Shown piece after piece: positions 1 through 12,252 of a DNA stretch of 64,000 bases. Positions within the stretch are counted from its first letter, which is position 1; the number at the start of each line of letters is the position of its first letter. The notes beneath the pieces are model-generated. The model had not been told where the DNA came from, searched no databases, and worked only from the letters and a program-made list of their open reading frames with translations. The DNA lies in the NCBI GenBank assembly GCA_964276515.1, contig OZ193910.1, positions 6,758,001-6,822,000 of the forward strand. Reading direction: 5' to 3'. A program made the translations under genes and the position numbers. The DNA comes from Gordius albopunctatus. Taxonomy: Eukaryota.

Positions 1-864
1 TCGTATAAATCCCCGCTTATGGTTTGTCCAGATAGAGGCCCTTTTCACGATTCGACAAATAACATCTGAGTCTAATAAACTTGGATACGTGATTGAATGC
101 CTCCCACAAGAAGTCACAATAGAGATCCAAGATTACTTGGAAAATCTACCAGGTGAGGTTCCGTACACTACCGTCCGGTCAGCTATCATCGACCGCACAA
201 CAAAATCGGACTCAGCACGATTCCACGACCTTCTGTCCAACGTGGAATTGGGCGATCGTACACCCTCACAACTCTATAGACACGTGAAAAGCCTCCTGGG
301 TACCGCCAAAATGGACGACATCATTTTAAAAAACTGTGGTTGGAAAAACTGGACAACAACATGGCCAGAATTTTGGCGATCTGTGCAAGGGACCAGACGT
401 TATTTAAGCTAGCTGAAACAGCTGATAAAATCGCGGAAACGTACCATACGCCGCAAATATCCAACGTCGCCTCTGCCACACAGAGATCCCGCAACAATAT
501 TGACACGCTCAGAGACATGGTTAATAGACTTAGCGTGAGCATCGAGACATTACGGCAAGAGGTCAGTCAAAAAAGTCGTTTTCGGTCGAGAAGCAGCAAG
601 GCGATTTTGATCCCCGTTTCGACCCCACGCAGACGTTCCCCAGGACTGGTGTTGGTATCACCAAAGATATAAGGAAAAGGCCACGAAATGCCGACAACCT
701 TGCAATTATATCCCGATTTCCTCGTCAAACTCATAGGCCTGCCATAATCCGCGAGACCTGGTTCCGGCCATAACATCAGTCGCTTATTTTTTATTTTCAA
801 TAAATCAACGAAATTCATTTTTAATAGATACTGTCACACATCCGCCTCCAAACTTCAAACAATA
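1..864 (+). pseudogene. Degenerate Gypsy (CsRn1-like) gag and start of pol; left part of older LTR element A (continues past the window's left edge)
   Basis: ORFs 89-412 and 340-672 are frameshifted pieces resembling gag 4154-4915 (LGDRTPSQL, LAETADKI). A CWYH-x9-C-x3-C motif is encoded at about 649-703. Confidence 0.85.
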
Positions 865-868
865 GTTC

Positions 869-1068
869 TTTAGTGAGAGAGGAGGAATATAATTTATTAC
901 ACGATAAAAGAACAATGATTCAAAACTTATAAAAGAGTGAGTTTATATAGCAATAGATAAGGATAACATTCAAATGAAAGTTGATTCTGTGTGTGTATTC
1001 TTTCTATTTTCACCTTGTACGTATTATAACCAAATCTTTCCAAGGTAAGTGTAATTTGTTTCCCTACA
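869..1068 (-). repeat. 3' LTR (200 bp) of the intact Gypsy element
   Basis: Direct repeat of 5012-5211. Minus strand reads TGTAGGG...CACTAAA and is preceded by the polypurine tract AAGAGGGGGAGTATC (1069-1083). Confidence 0.95.
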
Positions 1069-1106
1069 GATACTCCCCCTCTTAAAAAAAAAAATATATA
1101 TACACA

Positions 1107-4100
1107 TTATAATTTATAAGAAAAATTTTGTGGAATAGTTATAGTTCTTCCATATCTAGAAAATCGTTGTTGAACAGGTAAAGTGTTACTATCATCTTCT
1201 TTTCTTTCGATCCATGCTGGTTTAAGCCTATCAAGTGATATTGTTTCCTCTTTATTACCCTTTTCCACTATGAAAAATTTCTTTCTCCTTTTTAGTACTT
1301 TAAAGGGTCCATCATATGGGGGTTGTAAAGATTTTCTGACCGTGTCATTGCGCACAAAAACATAATCTGATGTTTTTAAATTGTTAGGGATATATTCCTT
1401 CTTATCATGTCTTCTGGTAGGGCAAAATTTTAGATTTTGCATTATTTCTTTAAGTCTAATTACATAACCTGGTTTTGATGAGTCTATGAACGATTTTTGA
1501 AAATATTCCCCTGGTAGCCTTAACGTCGTCCCATAAACCATTTCCGAAGGGGTGTATCCGATATCTTCTTTAATTGTCGACCTAATGCTGAGAAGAATTA
1601 ATGGTAGTGTTTCACTCCATTTTGTCGTATCTTCTTGTGACATGATGGAAGCTTTTAATTGCCTATGAAAGCGCTCAACTAAACCATTAGAACACGGGTG
1701 ATAGGCTGTGGTTTTGATATGGTCAAATCCTAATGTGGATGATAATTCTCGAAATAAACAGGATGTAAATTGAGCACCTCTATCAGTAGTTATAATCTTT
1801 GGGACACCAAAGTTGGTAATCCAATGTTGAATAAATATTCTTGCTAAATTTTCGGCTGATATATCGTTGATTGGTATTGCGATTGGCCATCTCGTAAAGC
1901 GATCGATGGCTGTAAGAATATGGGTGTAGTGAGATGAAGGTGGCAAAGGGCCTACCACATCCATATGTACGTGACTGAACCTTTCGTCGGTGTCGTCAAA
2001 AGTGCCAGGGGAAGTAATAGTGTGTTTGTTCACTTTAGACTTTTGACATTTTATGCATTCTTTTGTCCAATTCCGAATATCTTTATTCATCGAGGGCCAC
2101 ACAAAACTACGAGTAATTAGTCTTTGAGTTGCTCGAATCCCGGGATGTGAAAGAGAGTGAAAGTGATCGAAGAAATCCTTTCTTAGTTTTGTTGGTATAA
2201 GTGGTCGAGGTGAACCTGTCGATATGTCGCAAAGAATGTCTTCTTGACAACCAGGTCTTTTTAATTTTACGAGACGTAAAGATTTAGTGTTGAGCAATAA
2301 CTCAGTATCATTCATTTGGTTCAAGACTATTTGAATCTCATTCGGACAAATAGGTAAAGTTAAAGAATTTATGTCTGATCGAGATAGTGTGTCCGCTGTA
2401 ATATTACTATTACCTTTTATAAAGCGAATGTCAGTGCTGAATTGAGAGACATAATCTAAATGTCGGATTTCTCTGGGTGAATAACGATCAATTTTTGCCT
2501 GGAAAGAATAAATTAAAGGTTTATGATCCGTAAATATAGTAAAATTGCGTCCCTCTAGTATGTGTTTGAAATGTTTAATCGCCAAAAAAATAGCTAGTAA
2601 TTCTCGACTAAATGTACTATAGCGTGTTTGAGCTGCTGATAATTTTTGAGAAAAAAAGGCTAATGGTTCTTGTTTGTGATTGCTTACTTGATGCAAAACT
2701 CCCCCAACTGCTATGTTCGAAGCATCTGTGGTTAATGTTAACCAACTGTTTGATTTCAAAAATCCTAAATTGGTTGCTTTAATTATACTTTCTTTTAAGA
2801 GATTAAATGAATTCATTTCTACCTCCATTAATTTAATATCTTTCTCATCATTGTTTAATAAGTCGGTAAGTGGTTTCGAAATTGAAGCACAATTTGGTAT
2901 AAAACGTCTATAAAAATTCACCATACCTAAAAAACGTTTCAAACTTTTCATGGTTTGAGGAATTGGAAAATCCCTAATTGCATCAATTTTGTTTGACAAG
3001 GGGCGTATGCCATTTTGATCGACATGATGACCGAGAAAGTTTAATGATTTTACCCCCAAAGAACATTTTGATAGATTTATGCGAATACCGTATGTTTGTA
3101 ATCGTTTAAAAACTGTTGAGAGGTGTAATTTGTGTTCATGTTCTGTGGAACTGGCGATAAGTATATCATCGATGTAAGCATACACAAAATCCAAACCATT
3201 AAAAATTTCATCTATGAGGCGCTGAAATGTTTGTGCTGCGTTCCGCACTCCGAACGGCATTCTTACAAATTCAAACAGTCCAAAAGGTGTTGTGATTGCG
3301 GTCTTAGGGATGTCCTCTGGTGCCATCGGAATTTGATGGTAAGCTTTTACTAAATCCAACTTTGAAAAAATGCATTTACCTGTTAGATTTAAAGCAAAAT
3401 CATGTAGATGTGGAATGGGGTATCTATCAGGTTTTGTTGCGTAATTAAGCATTCTAAAATCTCCACATGGACGCCATGTCCCTGGGGTCTCTTTTGGTAC
3501 CATATGTAAGGGGGATGACCATTTACTATGTGAGGGTTTTATTATGCCTAATCTACTCATCTCTTCAAATTCTTTTTTTGCTATTTTAAATTTTTCGGGG
3601 TTTAAACGTCGTGGAGAACAATGTATCGCTGGTCCTTTCGTTATTATATGGTGTTGGGTATTATGTTTCACTTTCTCATTAAAATCTGGTGGCTTTGTAA
3701 TATCAGGAAATTGTTTTAATATAGAGTAAAAATCATTATCCTGTGGAATTGGACTGTTTATAGATGACATTGAGGAATTGGTTATATTCGATAATTTAAG
3801 AGAATAATTTTGTGGATTAATTATGCGTTTATTTTTAACATCAATTATTAAACCAAAGTGTGATATAAAATCTGAACCTAATATCGGTGAATGAACGTCT
3901 GCGATCAAAAAAGTCCAGTTAAATTCTCTTTTTAAACCTATATCTAATTTTAACGATGTTTGTCCGTAAGTATTTATATTGCTCGAATTAGCTGCTTTTA
4001 AACATAATTTATTTAATGTTACTTTAGTTTTTGTTGTCGGTGGAATTACACTAATTTGGGCTCCCGTGTCAATCAGATAACGTAAACCTGATATTTTGTC

Positions 4101-4229
4101 AAAAACATAGAAAAGGCGATTATGGTTGATATGGCCGAATCCAGCTATCGCCTTTACTGGTAGGCCTGCCTGTTTAACCCTTTTCCAAAATAACATGGTT
4201 CGACACACTTCCTGGCGTTGGATCCCCAA
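1107..4229 (-). CDS. pol: Gypsy Pol (aspartic protease, RT, RNase H, integrase), probably expressed by -1 frameshift from gag
   Basis: 1040-aa ORF with LIDTGA protease, YIDD RT, TDAS...RELLAI...TDHKPL RNase H, HHCC zinc finger, D,D35E integrase core and GPF(Y) motif. Confidence 0.97.
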   Translation of the reverse strand: MGIQRQEVCRTMLFWKRVKQAGLPVKAIAGFGHINHNRLFYVFDKISGLRYLIDTGAQISVIPPTTKTKVTLNKLCLKAANSSNINTYGQTSLKLDIGLKREFNWTFLIADVHSPILGSDFISHFGLIIDVKNKRIINPQNYSLKLSNITNSSMSSINSPIPQDNDFYSILKQFPDITKPPDFNEKVKHNTQHHIITKGPAIHCSPRRLNPEKFKIAKKEFEEMSRLGIIKPSHSKWSSPLHMVPKETPGTWRPCGDFRMLNYATKPDRYPIPHLHDFALNLTGKCIFSKLDLVKAYHQIPMAPEDIPKTAITTPFGLFEFVRMPFGVRNAAQTFQRLIDEIFNGLDFVYAYIDDILIASSTEHEHKLHLSTVFKRLQTYGIRINLSKCSLGVKSLNFLGHHVDQNGIRPLSNKIDAIRDFPIPQTMKSLKRFLGMVNFYRRFIPNCASISKPLTDLLNNDEKDIKLMEVEMNSFNLLKESIIKATNLGFLKSNSWLTLTTDASNIAVGGVLHQVSNHKQEPLAFFSQKLSAAQTRYSTFSRELLAIFLAIKHFKHILEGRNFTIFTDHKPLIYSFQAKIDRYSPREIRHLDYVSQFSTDIRFIKGNSNITADTLSRSDINSLTLPICPNEIQIVLNQMNDTELLLNTKSLRLVKLKRPGCQEDILCDISTGSPRPLIPTKLRKDFFDHFHSLSHPGIRATQRLITRSFVWPSMNKDIRNWTKECIKCQKSKVNKHTITSPGTFDDTDERFSHVHMDVVGPLPPSSHYTHILTAIDRFTRWPIAIPINDISAENLARIFIQHWITNFGVPKIITTDRGAQFTSCLFRELSSTLGFDHIKTTAYHPCSNGLVERFHRQLKASIMSQEDTTKWSETLPLILLSIRSTIKEDIGYTPSEMVYGTTLRLPGEYFQKSFIDSSKPGYVIRLKEIMQNLKFCPTRRHDKKEYIPNNLKTSDYVFVRNDTVRKSLQPPYDGPFKVLKRRKKFFIVEKGNKEETISLDRLKPAWIERKEDDSNTLPVQQRFSRYGRTITIPQNFSYKL

Positions 4230-4915
4230 GTGTCATGATACCAGCACAATGGTCTGTTGTTTGAAATCCCAGAAGAGTGAAAAGGAGTCTGGGGTTGACC
4301 TATCTTTTCTAATGTCCTATTTAAAGCAGATAAAACCTCTGTTAGTTCTTTGGGGTATGCATCAGTGGAGTGTTTTTTTTGATTATGAATATTATTAACA
4401 TAATTAGTTGTTTTTTTGGACAGCACGATGCGGTCGGCTGTTTCAGCCAATTTCTCCAGTGTAGTATCTTCATTAAACGAGACCAATATGGGAATGAGTT
4501 CACAAGGCAATTTGTTGAGCCAGAGTTCCTTTAGAATCTTTTGGTCAAGAACGTATGTTCCCACTAAACTCTTCATGTATCGTAAAAGTTGTGATGGGGA
4601 TCTATCCCCTAAATCCACTGCCTTTAGAAATTCCATCAATCTTGATTCATCTGATTCGCCAACCCTCTTGATAAGTGCTTGTTTGAGTTTCTGAAATGAT
4701 TGATCAGTTGGAATATTAATGATTAAATCCTCCACCTCTTCAGCGATTTCGGGTGGTAACGTTTCAAGAATATAACCAAATTTTGATTTTTCGGAGGTAA
4801 TTCTTCTTGCCTGGAATACGGCCTCTGCTTGGGCCAACCAAATTCTGACATTTCTGCGATAAAATGTGGGTATCTTCAGCTGTATAGTTGCTTCAATCTC
4901 TTGTTTATTTTCCAT
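4154..4915 (-). CDS. gag: Gypsy Gag with CHCC zinc motif
   Basis: 253-aa ORF downstream of the PBS with C-terminal [18 protein letters not shown]. It overlaps the pol ORF, which is in the -1 frame. Confidence 0.93.
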   Translation of the reverse strand: MENKQEIEATIQLKIPTFYRRNVRIWLAQAEAVFQARRITSEKSKFGYILETLPPEIAEEVEDLIINIPTDQSFQKLKQALIKRVGESDESRLMEFLKAVDLGDRSPSQLLRYMKSLVGTYVLDQKILKELWLNKLPCELIPILVSFNEDTTLEKLAETADRIVLSKKTTNYVNNIHNQKKHSTDAYPKELTEVLSALNRTLEKIGQPQTPFHSSGISNNRPLCWYHDTWGSNARKCVEPCYFGKGLNRQAYQ

Positions 4916-4995
4916 TTTAATGAATAATATTTAGGAAAAAAAAATTGTTTGCGAACGATAACTAATTAATCTCTGAGATTGTTGAGGGGAAAAAA

Positions 4996-5009
4996 GGTCG
5001 GGGTCACCA
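4996..5009 (-). promoter_or_regulatory. Primer-binding site, tRNA-Trp type
   Basis: Minus strand TGGTGACCCCGACC lies 2 nt after the 5' LTR and is complementary to the eukaryotic tRNA-Trp 3' end (...GTCGGGGTCACCA). Confidence 0.85.
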
Positions 5010-5011
5010 TT

Positions 5012-5211
5012 TTTAGTGAGAGAGGAGGAATATAATTTATTACACGATAAAAGAACAATGATTCAAAACTTATAAAAGAGTGAGTTTATATAGCAATAGA
5101 TAAGGATAACATTCAAATGAAAGTTGATTCTGTGTGTGTATTCTTTCTATTTTCACCTTGTACGTATTATAACCAAATCTTTCCAAGGTAAGTGTAATTT
5201 GTTTCCCTACA
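5012..5211 (-). repeat. 5' LTR (200 bp) of the intact Gypsy element
   Basis: Copy of 869-1068, followed by TSD GTTC. Confidence 0.95.
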
Positions 5212-5215
5212 GTTC

Positions 5216-6286
5216 CATACTGACCTATGGCCAGAAATCAATGGAACTGGACCTTAGCTTACGGAGAAGTTTTCAATGGGTTTTTACCATCGCCGACGTT
5301 AAGACACCGAACATCGGGGCTGATTTTTAAATCATTATAACCTCCTCGTTGATATATGCCGCAAATGTTTGTTAGACCCTAAGACTACTTTAAAGTCTTA
5401 TGGGCGATATATTGATTCGAACTTGTACAATTTACAACTCGCAATAAAGATCGATTCACCGTATTTTAAAAAATGTTTTAAAAGAGTTCCCCGAGATTTA
5501 TGCCCCTCCAAATTACAGGTTACGCGTAAGCCACCAAGTAGTCCACCACATACGTACGCTAAAACCACCCGTTTATGCCAGACCTAGACGCTTAGACCCT
5601 GTCAAGCTAAAAATTTCCAAACAGGAGTTTACTCATATGCTCGAAATCGTCATAATTCAACCCTCAGAAAGCTCCTGGAGTTCTCCATTGCACATGGTTC
5701 CGAAAAAACTCCCGGAGATGGGCGACCGTGTGGAGATTACCGAGCCCTTAATGTTATAACGATACCGGATCGTTACCCCTTGCCACACCTGCATGATCTC
5801 TCACTCAACCTAGCTGGCACAACCATCTATACAAAAATAGATCTAGTCAGAGCTTATCATCAAATACCCGTAGCCTTGGAAGACATCGCAAAGACTGCAA
5901 TAACCACACCTTTCGGTCTTTATGAATTTTCGCGAATGCCTTTTGGTTTACGAAATGCTGCTCAAACATTCCAACGCTTCATTGACCAAGCTCTCCGTGG
6001 TCTCAATTTCGCATTCGCATATTTGGACGATATTTTGATCGCAAGTACATCAACTATTGAACATTTAGAGCACTTACGTCAAGTTTTTACACGATTAAGA
6101 GATTTTTATATAAAGATCAACCTGGACAAGTGCCAATGGGGACGTTCTTCTTTGGATTTCCTAGGACATCAAGTTTCCCAACAAGGTTTAACGCCAATAC
6201 CGGAGAGGATCTCAGCCATCAAGAATTTCGCCACCCCGACCACTTTGACACAACTACGTCGTTTCGTGGGAATGGTAAATTTTTAC
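5216..6286 (+). pseudogene. Right part of older Gypsy element A: protease to RT, degenerate and 3'-truncated
   Basis: Removing 869-5215 restores NNSSILTYGQKSMELDL...FTIADV. ORF 5780-6394 has [15 protein letters not shown] and YLDD; homology ends at GMVNFY. Confidence 0.9.
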
Positions 6287-7092
6287 AATAAAGTAATTAT
6301 TACTTTATCGTTCTGGTATTTACTTCCCGAAAGACTCGTGTATTTACTTAATTTGCACAATTATAGAAATTATAGTCATTTAAAAATGTCTTAAAATTTG
6401 AGCTTCTATTATTTTATATTTAACCTTTTAAAATGTTTTGCCTTTACACTCTACTCATTTAAGTTTTTTATTAATATTTACTTAATTATAACTAGTGATG
6501 CGGAAAAACCGAGAAAAATCTCGGTCTCGTCTCGAAAAACCAAGACGAGATTTTATTGGCGAGATCTCGACTTTAATTTTTATCTATTAAGTCTTATAAT
6601 TTAGCTAATTAAGAATTTTTATTTTATGGGATTTAAATTTAGGGTATTAAATGCAAATTAATATTATTTTGAAACTTTTGATAGTACATTACTTACGAAC
6701 CTAATTATCCGCTTCGCGCAAATTTCAAATTTGTAATATAATCTTAATAGACAACATAGTGTTAGTAGCCCTTAGGATATTTGAGTATTAATTAAGTATT
6801 TGTTACTTATTTGTATAGCTTATATAATATAAAATTATTTAGACCCATAATGAGTTTATGCGCAACAAGTTCATTATCCAACACAAAAAAGAGCAAGCTG
6901 CTCTAACATTTCACAGTATCCAAGGATGAATCTAATAAAATGGGGAAGTGTAAATTGTGCTTTAAAGAAAATTTTATATTTCAAGTTATATGTGTGCAAT
7001 TAAAGTAAGATCTTAAAGCTTTTATGTTCTTCCGACAAAAATGCCTATTTTATTGTATTTACAATGTTCAGATAATTACTTGTTATAAATAA

Positions 7093-7432
7093 CTAGATAA
7101 ACCCGACAAACGTTGTTTTGCCATTTACCCGGGTGTATTAAATCATGTTGAAATTTTAGGGCATATATGATGATAAAGCGGTTACTGAAGTAAAAATAAA
7201 GTTTGATGTCTATATGTTCTACTTCTATTGTTCTATTCCCGTATACAGTGCAACGCGTACGAATACTCGAAAACTACTGGACCGATTTGGCTAGAACAAA
7301 TCTTAAAACCTGCTCCGGAGTGTCAGGAATAAACTGTAAAATTTTGAGCCAAATTTGTCTGGTAGTTTTCCAAAATTGGTGGCGGCATATATATACACAC
7401 ACACACACATAGTTTCATTTTTATATATAAGA
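7093..7432 (-). mobile_element. Short non-autonomous Helitron (family A) nested in the hAT
   Basis: Minus strand starts TCTTATATATAAAAATG and ends with a GGCAAAACAACGTTTGTC hairpin plus CTAG. Inserted at A|T with no TSD; absent from the sister hAT copy at 15635-16899. Confidence 0.88.
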
Positions 7433-7563
7433 TGATATCTTCAAAAGTTTACTCTCTCATTTTTGCCATTATTCTAACGTTATTAAATATATGTTAAAAT
7501 ATTATGATATTATTTAACTTTATCCTTTTATTGAGCCTTACCCAGGAAATAAAAGTTATTGTT

Positions 7564-7640
7564 TAGCAACTTTATACCTTCGAGGCAAGTAGTATATAAC
7601 ACCTAGCAACTTTATACCTTCGAGGCAAGTAGTATATAAC
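7564..7640. repeat. Two-copy 40-bp tandem duplication
   Basis: TAGCAACTTTATACCTTCGAGGCAAGTAGTATATAAC occurs twice. Confidence 0.85.
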
Positions 7641-8471
7641 TGTTTCCTACCTTAAGATACCCATCTAGCTTGTGTTTTGGGGTTTGAGATAAATATTTTG
7701 TTCCATTATGACCCATCTATATCTTATATAATAATAATTTATGAGAGTCAGAAAAAAATATTTGATATAATTATTTTTAAAAGTCGAGACGAGACGAGAT
7801 CGAGATTTTTCTAGGCCGAGACGAGATCGAGATTTTAATAATCGCACCCGAGACGAGATTTTGCTTTCGAGACCGAGACGAGATCGCAACACTAATTATA
7901 ACATAAAAATAATCAAGTGATAATATTTAACATTGCATCTCTTGCTCTATATTTTAGATAAGAAGATATTGTTTTTAGAAATTGAGATGGGTCTATTTCA
8001 CTGTTATGATACAAGATTCTTTGTAGATTTCTTTCTTAGATTTTGGGTGTATTGTTTTTATACAATATATGTATTGTATACAGCTAAAACAATTTAAATC
8101 TAGTAGAATTAACATACTTAATAGTAAATGGACCTGCCCACCTCTTGAAGATTTTTTAAATTCTAATCAAATCTGCATTAAAATCTATATTTTGTATACC
8201 TATTCTCTCCTTGCTCAAAAATGAGACAAATTCTTCCGAATGAGACATGAAAATAACAATTAAATATATGCCGTTTTGTCGTATAATTCTAAAATGTCTA
8301 CGCGCTTCGCATTTTCCCTCCCTCCGACTTTTTCTGCTACTTTTTCATCAATCTGCTACTTTGACCCCTATTCATCTCATCTATTATAATAATTAAAGCG
8401 TGCCATGCAATAAAGCGTGCTTTGTTTTAACACAGTATATTCTGTTGTTCAACAATAATTATGGCTATTTG

Positions 8472-8738
8472 AATAGGCGGAAGTAGGATTTCCTCAAGGG
8501 GGTGGGGGGGGGGGGGGGGTTAAAAAAATTTTATCTTAAAATTTTTTTGTAACTATTTCTTTTGGATCAATGTTTTGTTTCCTAAAATTTTAAAGTGACA
8601 TTCGCGTAAAAATGATAAAATACTAAAAGTAAAATTCCAACAAATATTTTTTTTATAAATATACAACGTAAAAATTATATAAATTGAACATCATGGGAGG
8701 GGTTCTAACCGGAAAACCACCCCCTCTCTACGCCAATG
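8472..8738. mobile_element. hAT MITE with poly-G tract
   Basis: 8-bp TSD GCTATTTG (8464-8471, 8739-8746) and imperfect TIRs. Confidence 0.75.
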
Positions 8739-9451
8739 GCTATTTGTTATGAATTTATATTTTTTCAGGCGATTTTTTTTTGCAATTTTCGTTATATATG
8801 GCTAAAATATGCTTAATGATATTAAAATTTATTTAATAATAAATTTTTAAATTTTCTCTCTCACCCAGGTGTTAATAATTTTTTTGACAATTTTAATATG
8901 GTTTAACTTTATATTTTATCGTTTTTAAGAACAGGTGTCAATGTTACAATTTTATTAAAGGTGCGAACTAATTTTTTTTCGATTTCCATTATATATATCT
9001 AAAATGATTTTTATTCATATAATTAATTAACACATTCGTTGAGCAAAAGGGATGAGCAACTTGCTATCAGCAATTGCTCGTACAAAACTACTTTTATTTA
9101 AATTTGTAAACAAGCTAATATTCCTACTTCTTGAGCTTTTATTTGCTGTTATAACTTAACCTCTTAAGCATTTTACCCCTCTTGATGACAGAGCTTATGC
9201 GTCCAAGCTAGGTATATTATTAGTTGAATCATAAAACTTATAAAAAACTCATTATTTAGGATTTAATTTATTACGGTGTCATTAAATACTCTATTGTACT
9301 TTTGAAATCGTTAGGCTGGTGCTCAAAAATATCCAGCCACCTTGTATTAATCATGTAAATTAAAATACAAAATAATTTAATAAAATCTAAGGATCAATAA
9401 AAAGTCGAGATCTCGCAAAAAAAATCTCGTCTTGTCTCGACATAAATTAAG

Positions 9452-9835
9452 ACAGGCACTCATTGTTATAATTGAAACAATCATCTTCTGTGGAAAACAA
9501 GGGATTCCTCTCAGAGGTATAAAATGTATAAACATCTAATTAATTTTTAAAAAGGTCATATAGACTATGGTGCATTACCACTTCGAATTCAAAGAAACAT
9601 AGACTCTAATCAAGGGAATTTTAGAGAACTCTTATTATTTCTATCAAACCATAATAATAAAGTTTGCCATGCTTTAAAAGATTGCCCTAAAAATGCAAGG
9701 CATATATCTCAAATGAAATTATTGGCATAATTTCACCTATGATTCAATCCAAAATTGTAGAAGAAGTAAATAATGCTCCTTTTTTTGCAATATTAGCAGA
9801 TGAAACTGTTGATATTTCAACCCATGAACAATGTA
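9452..9835 (+). pseudogene. ZMYM1/THAP12 (DUF4371)-type hAT transposase fragment with a 38-nt intron
   Basis: Translates IIFCGKQGIPLR|GH...QGNFRELL...IVEEVNNAPFFAILADETVDISTHEQ; GT-AG intron at 9517-9554. Confidence 0.75.
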
Positions 9836-9839
9836 CCCA

Positions 9840-10285
9840 AATTTCTTCTTATTTCTTAATTTCGCTTGTGTTCCTTTTTGCTTACTCCTAGCACCCATTT
9901 TATTATTCTCATCTCCATCGGCGCTGCTCTTCTTTTTTACGTATAGCCCAGGATTCTTTTCTAGACAGGACTGTTGTCTGTATTATGGACTTATACAGTG
10001 CACCTTTTAGTCTTCTTGAGATGTTTTTGTCACACAGAACGCCTATTAAGTCTCTCCATTTGAGTCATCCGAAATTTATCCTTGCTTGGATTTCTTTATC
10101 AGTTGCACCATCCGATTAAAGTGTTGATCCTAAATATTTGAAGAAATCCACGCGTGTAAGTTGCCATTCGCAGCTGATTTTTATCTAATTTAAAATTTGT
10201 CTTCATGTATTCTATTTTCTTTCGATTCACCCTAATACCACTTTCTTCTATTGCATTTACCAATCTATTTACATTATTAGCCAAT
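9840..10285 (-). pseudogene. RTE-type LINE 3' fragment
   Basis: Minus strand gives degenerate VNRKKIEYM, FKYLGS, GVLCDK and LKGALYKSIIQ motifs of the RTE C-terminus. Confidence 0.75.
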
Positions 10286-11328
10286 TTTTGTTCACTTTTG
10301 GCATAGAGGATTATACAAGAATTAAAGTCGTTGATACAGAACGAATATATAAGTTATAACCAATTAACGGCAATTTAATTGACACTCGAGGCATTACCAC
10401 TAAGATTCTACACTTATAATTTATATTGCCTGAGGCACTTCGCAATCCAATTACCTCTCTACAGTTCCCCCCCCCCCCTTTTCACAGACAATATCCTTAA
10501 GAAATGCTGATGTGTTTTGACTACGTTGGGCGTATCTAGGTTCCTCTCTTGGCGTCTCAATATGGTTTTGAATTTGTTCCCTTGGGTCACCTGTTCCGGT
10601 TGTTGTTGCTACCTCGCTTCCCCTTGTGATGTTATCCTTTGTGGCCACCCGGACCCGTTCTTTTGACTCAGTGTGGTCCAATCAAGAATTTTCCGTTCTC
10701 TTCATCCAAGTGTTGGTGGTGCTTTCTTCCCTGTGCTCATACATTGTAGGAAGGACTACCGTGCTTGGCTTTTATAGTGCCTTCTACCCATTTGCTTGGT
10801 CCCAAAAGCATGCTTACTCAAACCATGTCTCCTAAGTTTAACATACGCGGATTCCCGGTCTCTAACCATTGTTGCGGTACGGTTTCCCTCAATACCTCCC
10901 ATTCGGTTCGCATACTTCTTTTTAGGATCACATCGGTTGGGCTTTTATTGGTTGTGGGGTGTTTTATAGCTCTATAGTTTTCCAAATCCCTCTCATCTTG
11001 CAAAAACTATGTAATTCCTACCCTTTGAATTTCGACCCGTTATCTGATATTAACAATAATAGAATTCCAAACCTAGCAAACGTTGCGGCAAGCTTTTTTA
11101 TAATGGTGGTCGATGTGGTGTCTTTGAGCTATTTTCTATGATGTCCATATGTATTTGAATCCAAGGTCTATGGCTAGGCTGACACTCTATCAAGGGTGCC
11201 TTCTTCGCCGCCGCGGCAGTGTAATTGCAATTTAGGCACCCTTTTGATACGCTTAATGAGTCACCGCTGAGAGTAGGCCAGCATATATACAGCCACGCCA
11301 CTTCTTGCATTCGCTTGATACCTACGTG

Positions 11329-12252
11329 TAGAGCCCTGCAAAATTGAATTTTATCGGCCCGAGCCCGACCCGAAACTTTTTTTTATTTTTTGCCCGGCCC
11401 CAACCCGAGCCCGATTTGTTTTTTTCACTCAGGCCCGACCCGAGCCCGAGCCTGGCCCGACCTTTATAAAAATGTAAATTTGTACCAATTTTATTTCAAA
11501 AATTTATTTATAAATATATTAAGTATCGCGAATATTATGTGATTTAAAATATGAATAATTATGGTAAATAAATAAAGTGGAGTCTAATTTCTCGGGTTTT
11601 AACGAAGTCCTTCTCTCTTCGTAAGCTCGCCCAGCTGTAGAAAAGGCTCGCTCACTGCTAGCTGATGTAGCAGGTATTGCCAAATACCTTTCTAGCCAAA
11701 TTGCTCAAACAAGGAAATTCATTCTGAACCCACCGTGGGAATGATATTGTGATATTACAATACTGAAAAATTATGTAGGGGGTGGCGTTCTTGATTCAAG
11801 TTCGACATCAAATCCAACCCCCCCCCCCCCACCTCTCCCTTTCTCCTAACCTAACAACTTACCCCTAATAAATCATACTCACATACATTATAAAACTATA
11901 TCAACATAGGCATACACATAAAACACACACAGTCTATTGTCTAAATATATTCTCTTTGTAAGAATAGGGTTTGAAAACACGCAACACGTCTAAATCAAAA
12001 ACTTAAAATCAAACAAATTAATATATGGGGGGTAATAAAATTCTAAATATTTATTTGTAGGGGGATTATTTTGTATTGTAATTATATTTTGGATTAATAT
12101 TTATTCAAATTTTTATTCGGGCTCGGGCCACGAGTCGGGCTGGCCCATCAGGGCCGATCCAAGCCCGAGGCCCGATCAATGTTTTAAAATTTTCCCGAGC
12201 CCAGCCCGAAAGCCCGTCGGGCCGGGCCTCGGACGGCCCGTGCAGGGCTCTT
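11329..12252 (-). mobile_element. Non-autonomous hAT with GCCCGA subterminal repeats and a transposase C-terminal remnant
   Basis: TIRs TAGAGCCCTGCA / TGCAGGGCTCTT; TSD CCTACGTG (11321-11328, 12253-12260). Minus strand near 11600-11720 encodes AIPATSASSERAFS. Confidence 0.88.

Larger units (their letters stand above)
869..5211 (-). mobile_element. Intact Ty3/Gypsy LTR retrotransposon (CsRn1/Kabuki-like clade), 4343 bp
   Basis: LTRs 869-1068 and 5012-5211 look identical by eye. TSD GTTC at 865-868 and 5212-5215. tRNA-Trp-type PBS and a PPT are present; gag and pol are uninterrupted; gag has a CHCC motif. Confidence 0.97.
6493..7894 (+). mobile_element. Non-autonomous hAT derivative (GAGAC-rich subterminal family)
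   Basis: Termini TAGTGATGCG...CGCAACACTA; perfect 8-bp TSD ATTATAAC (6485-6492, 7895-7902); BED-finger remnant near 6860-6970. Confidence 0.9.

Noticed and set aside
864..868. 5-bp TSD AGTTC for the intact Gypsy
   Set aside because: It would need A5211, which belongs to the LTR-terminal TG (minus strand) and is also present at 1068; the 4-bp GTTC fits better.
1183..4694. Several short plus-strand ORFs opposite gag/pol
   Set aside because: Antisense shadows of the long retroelement ORFs.
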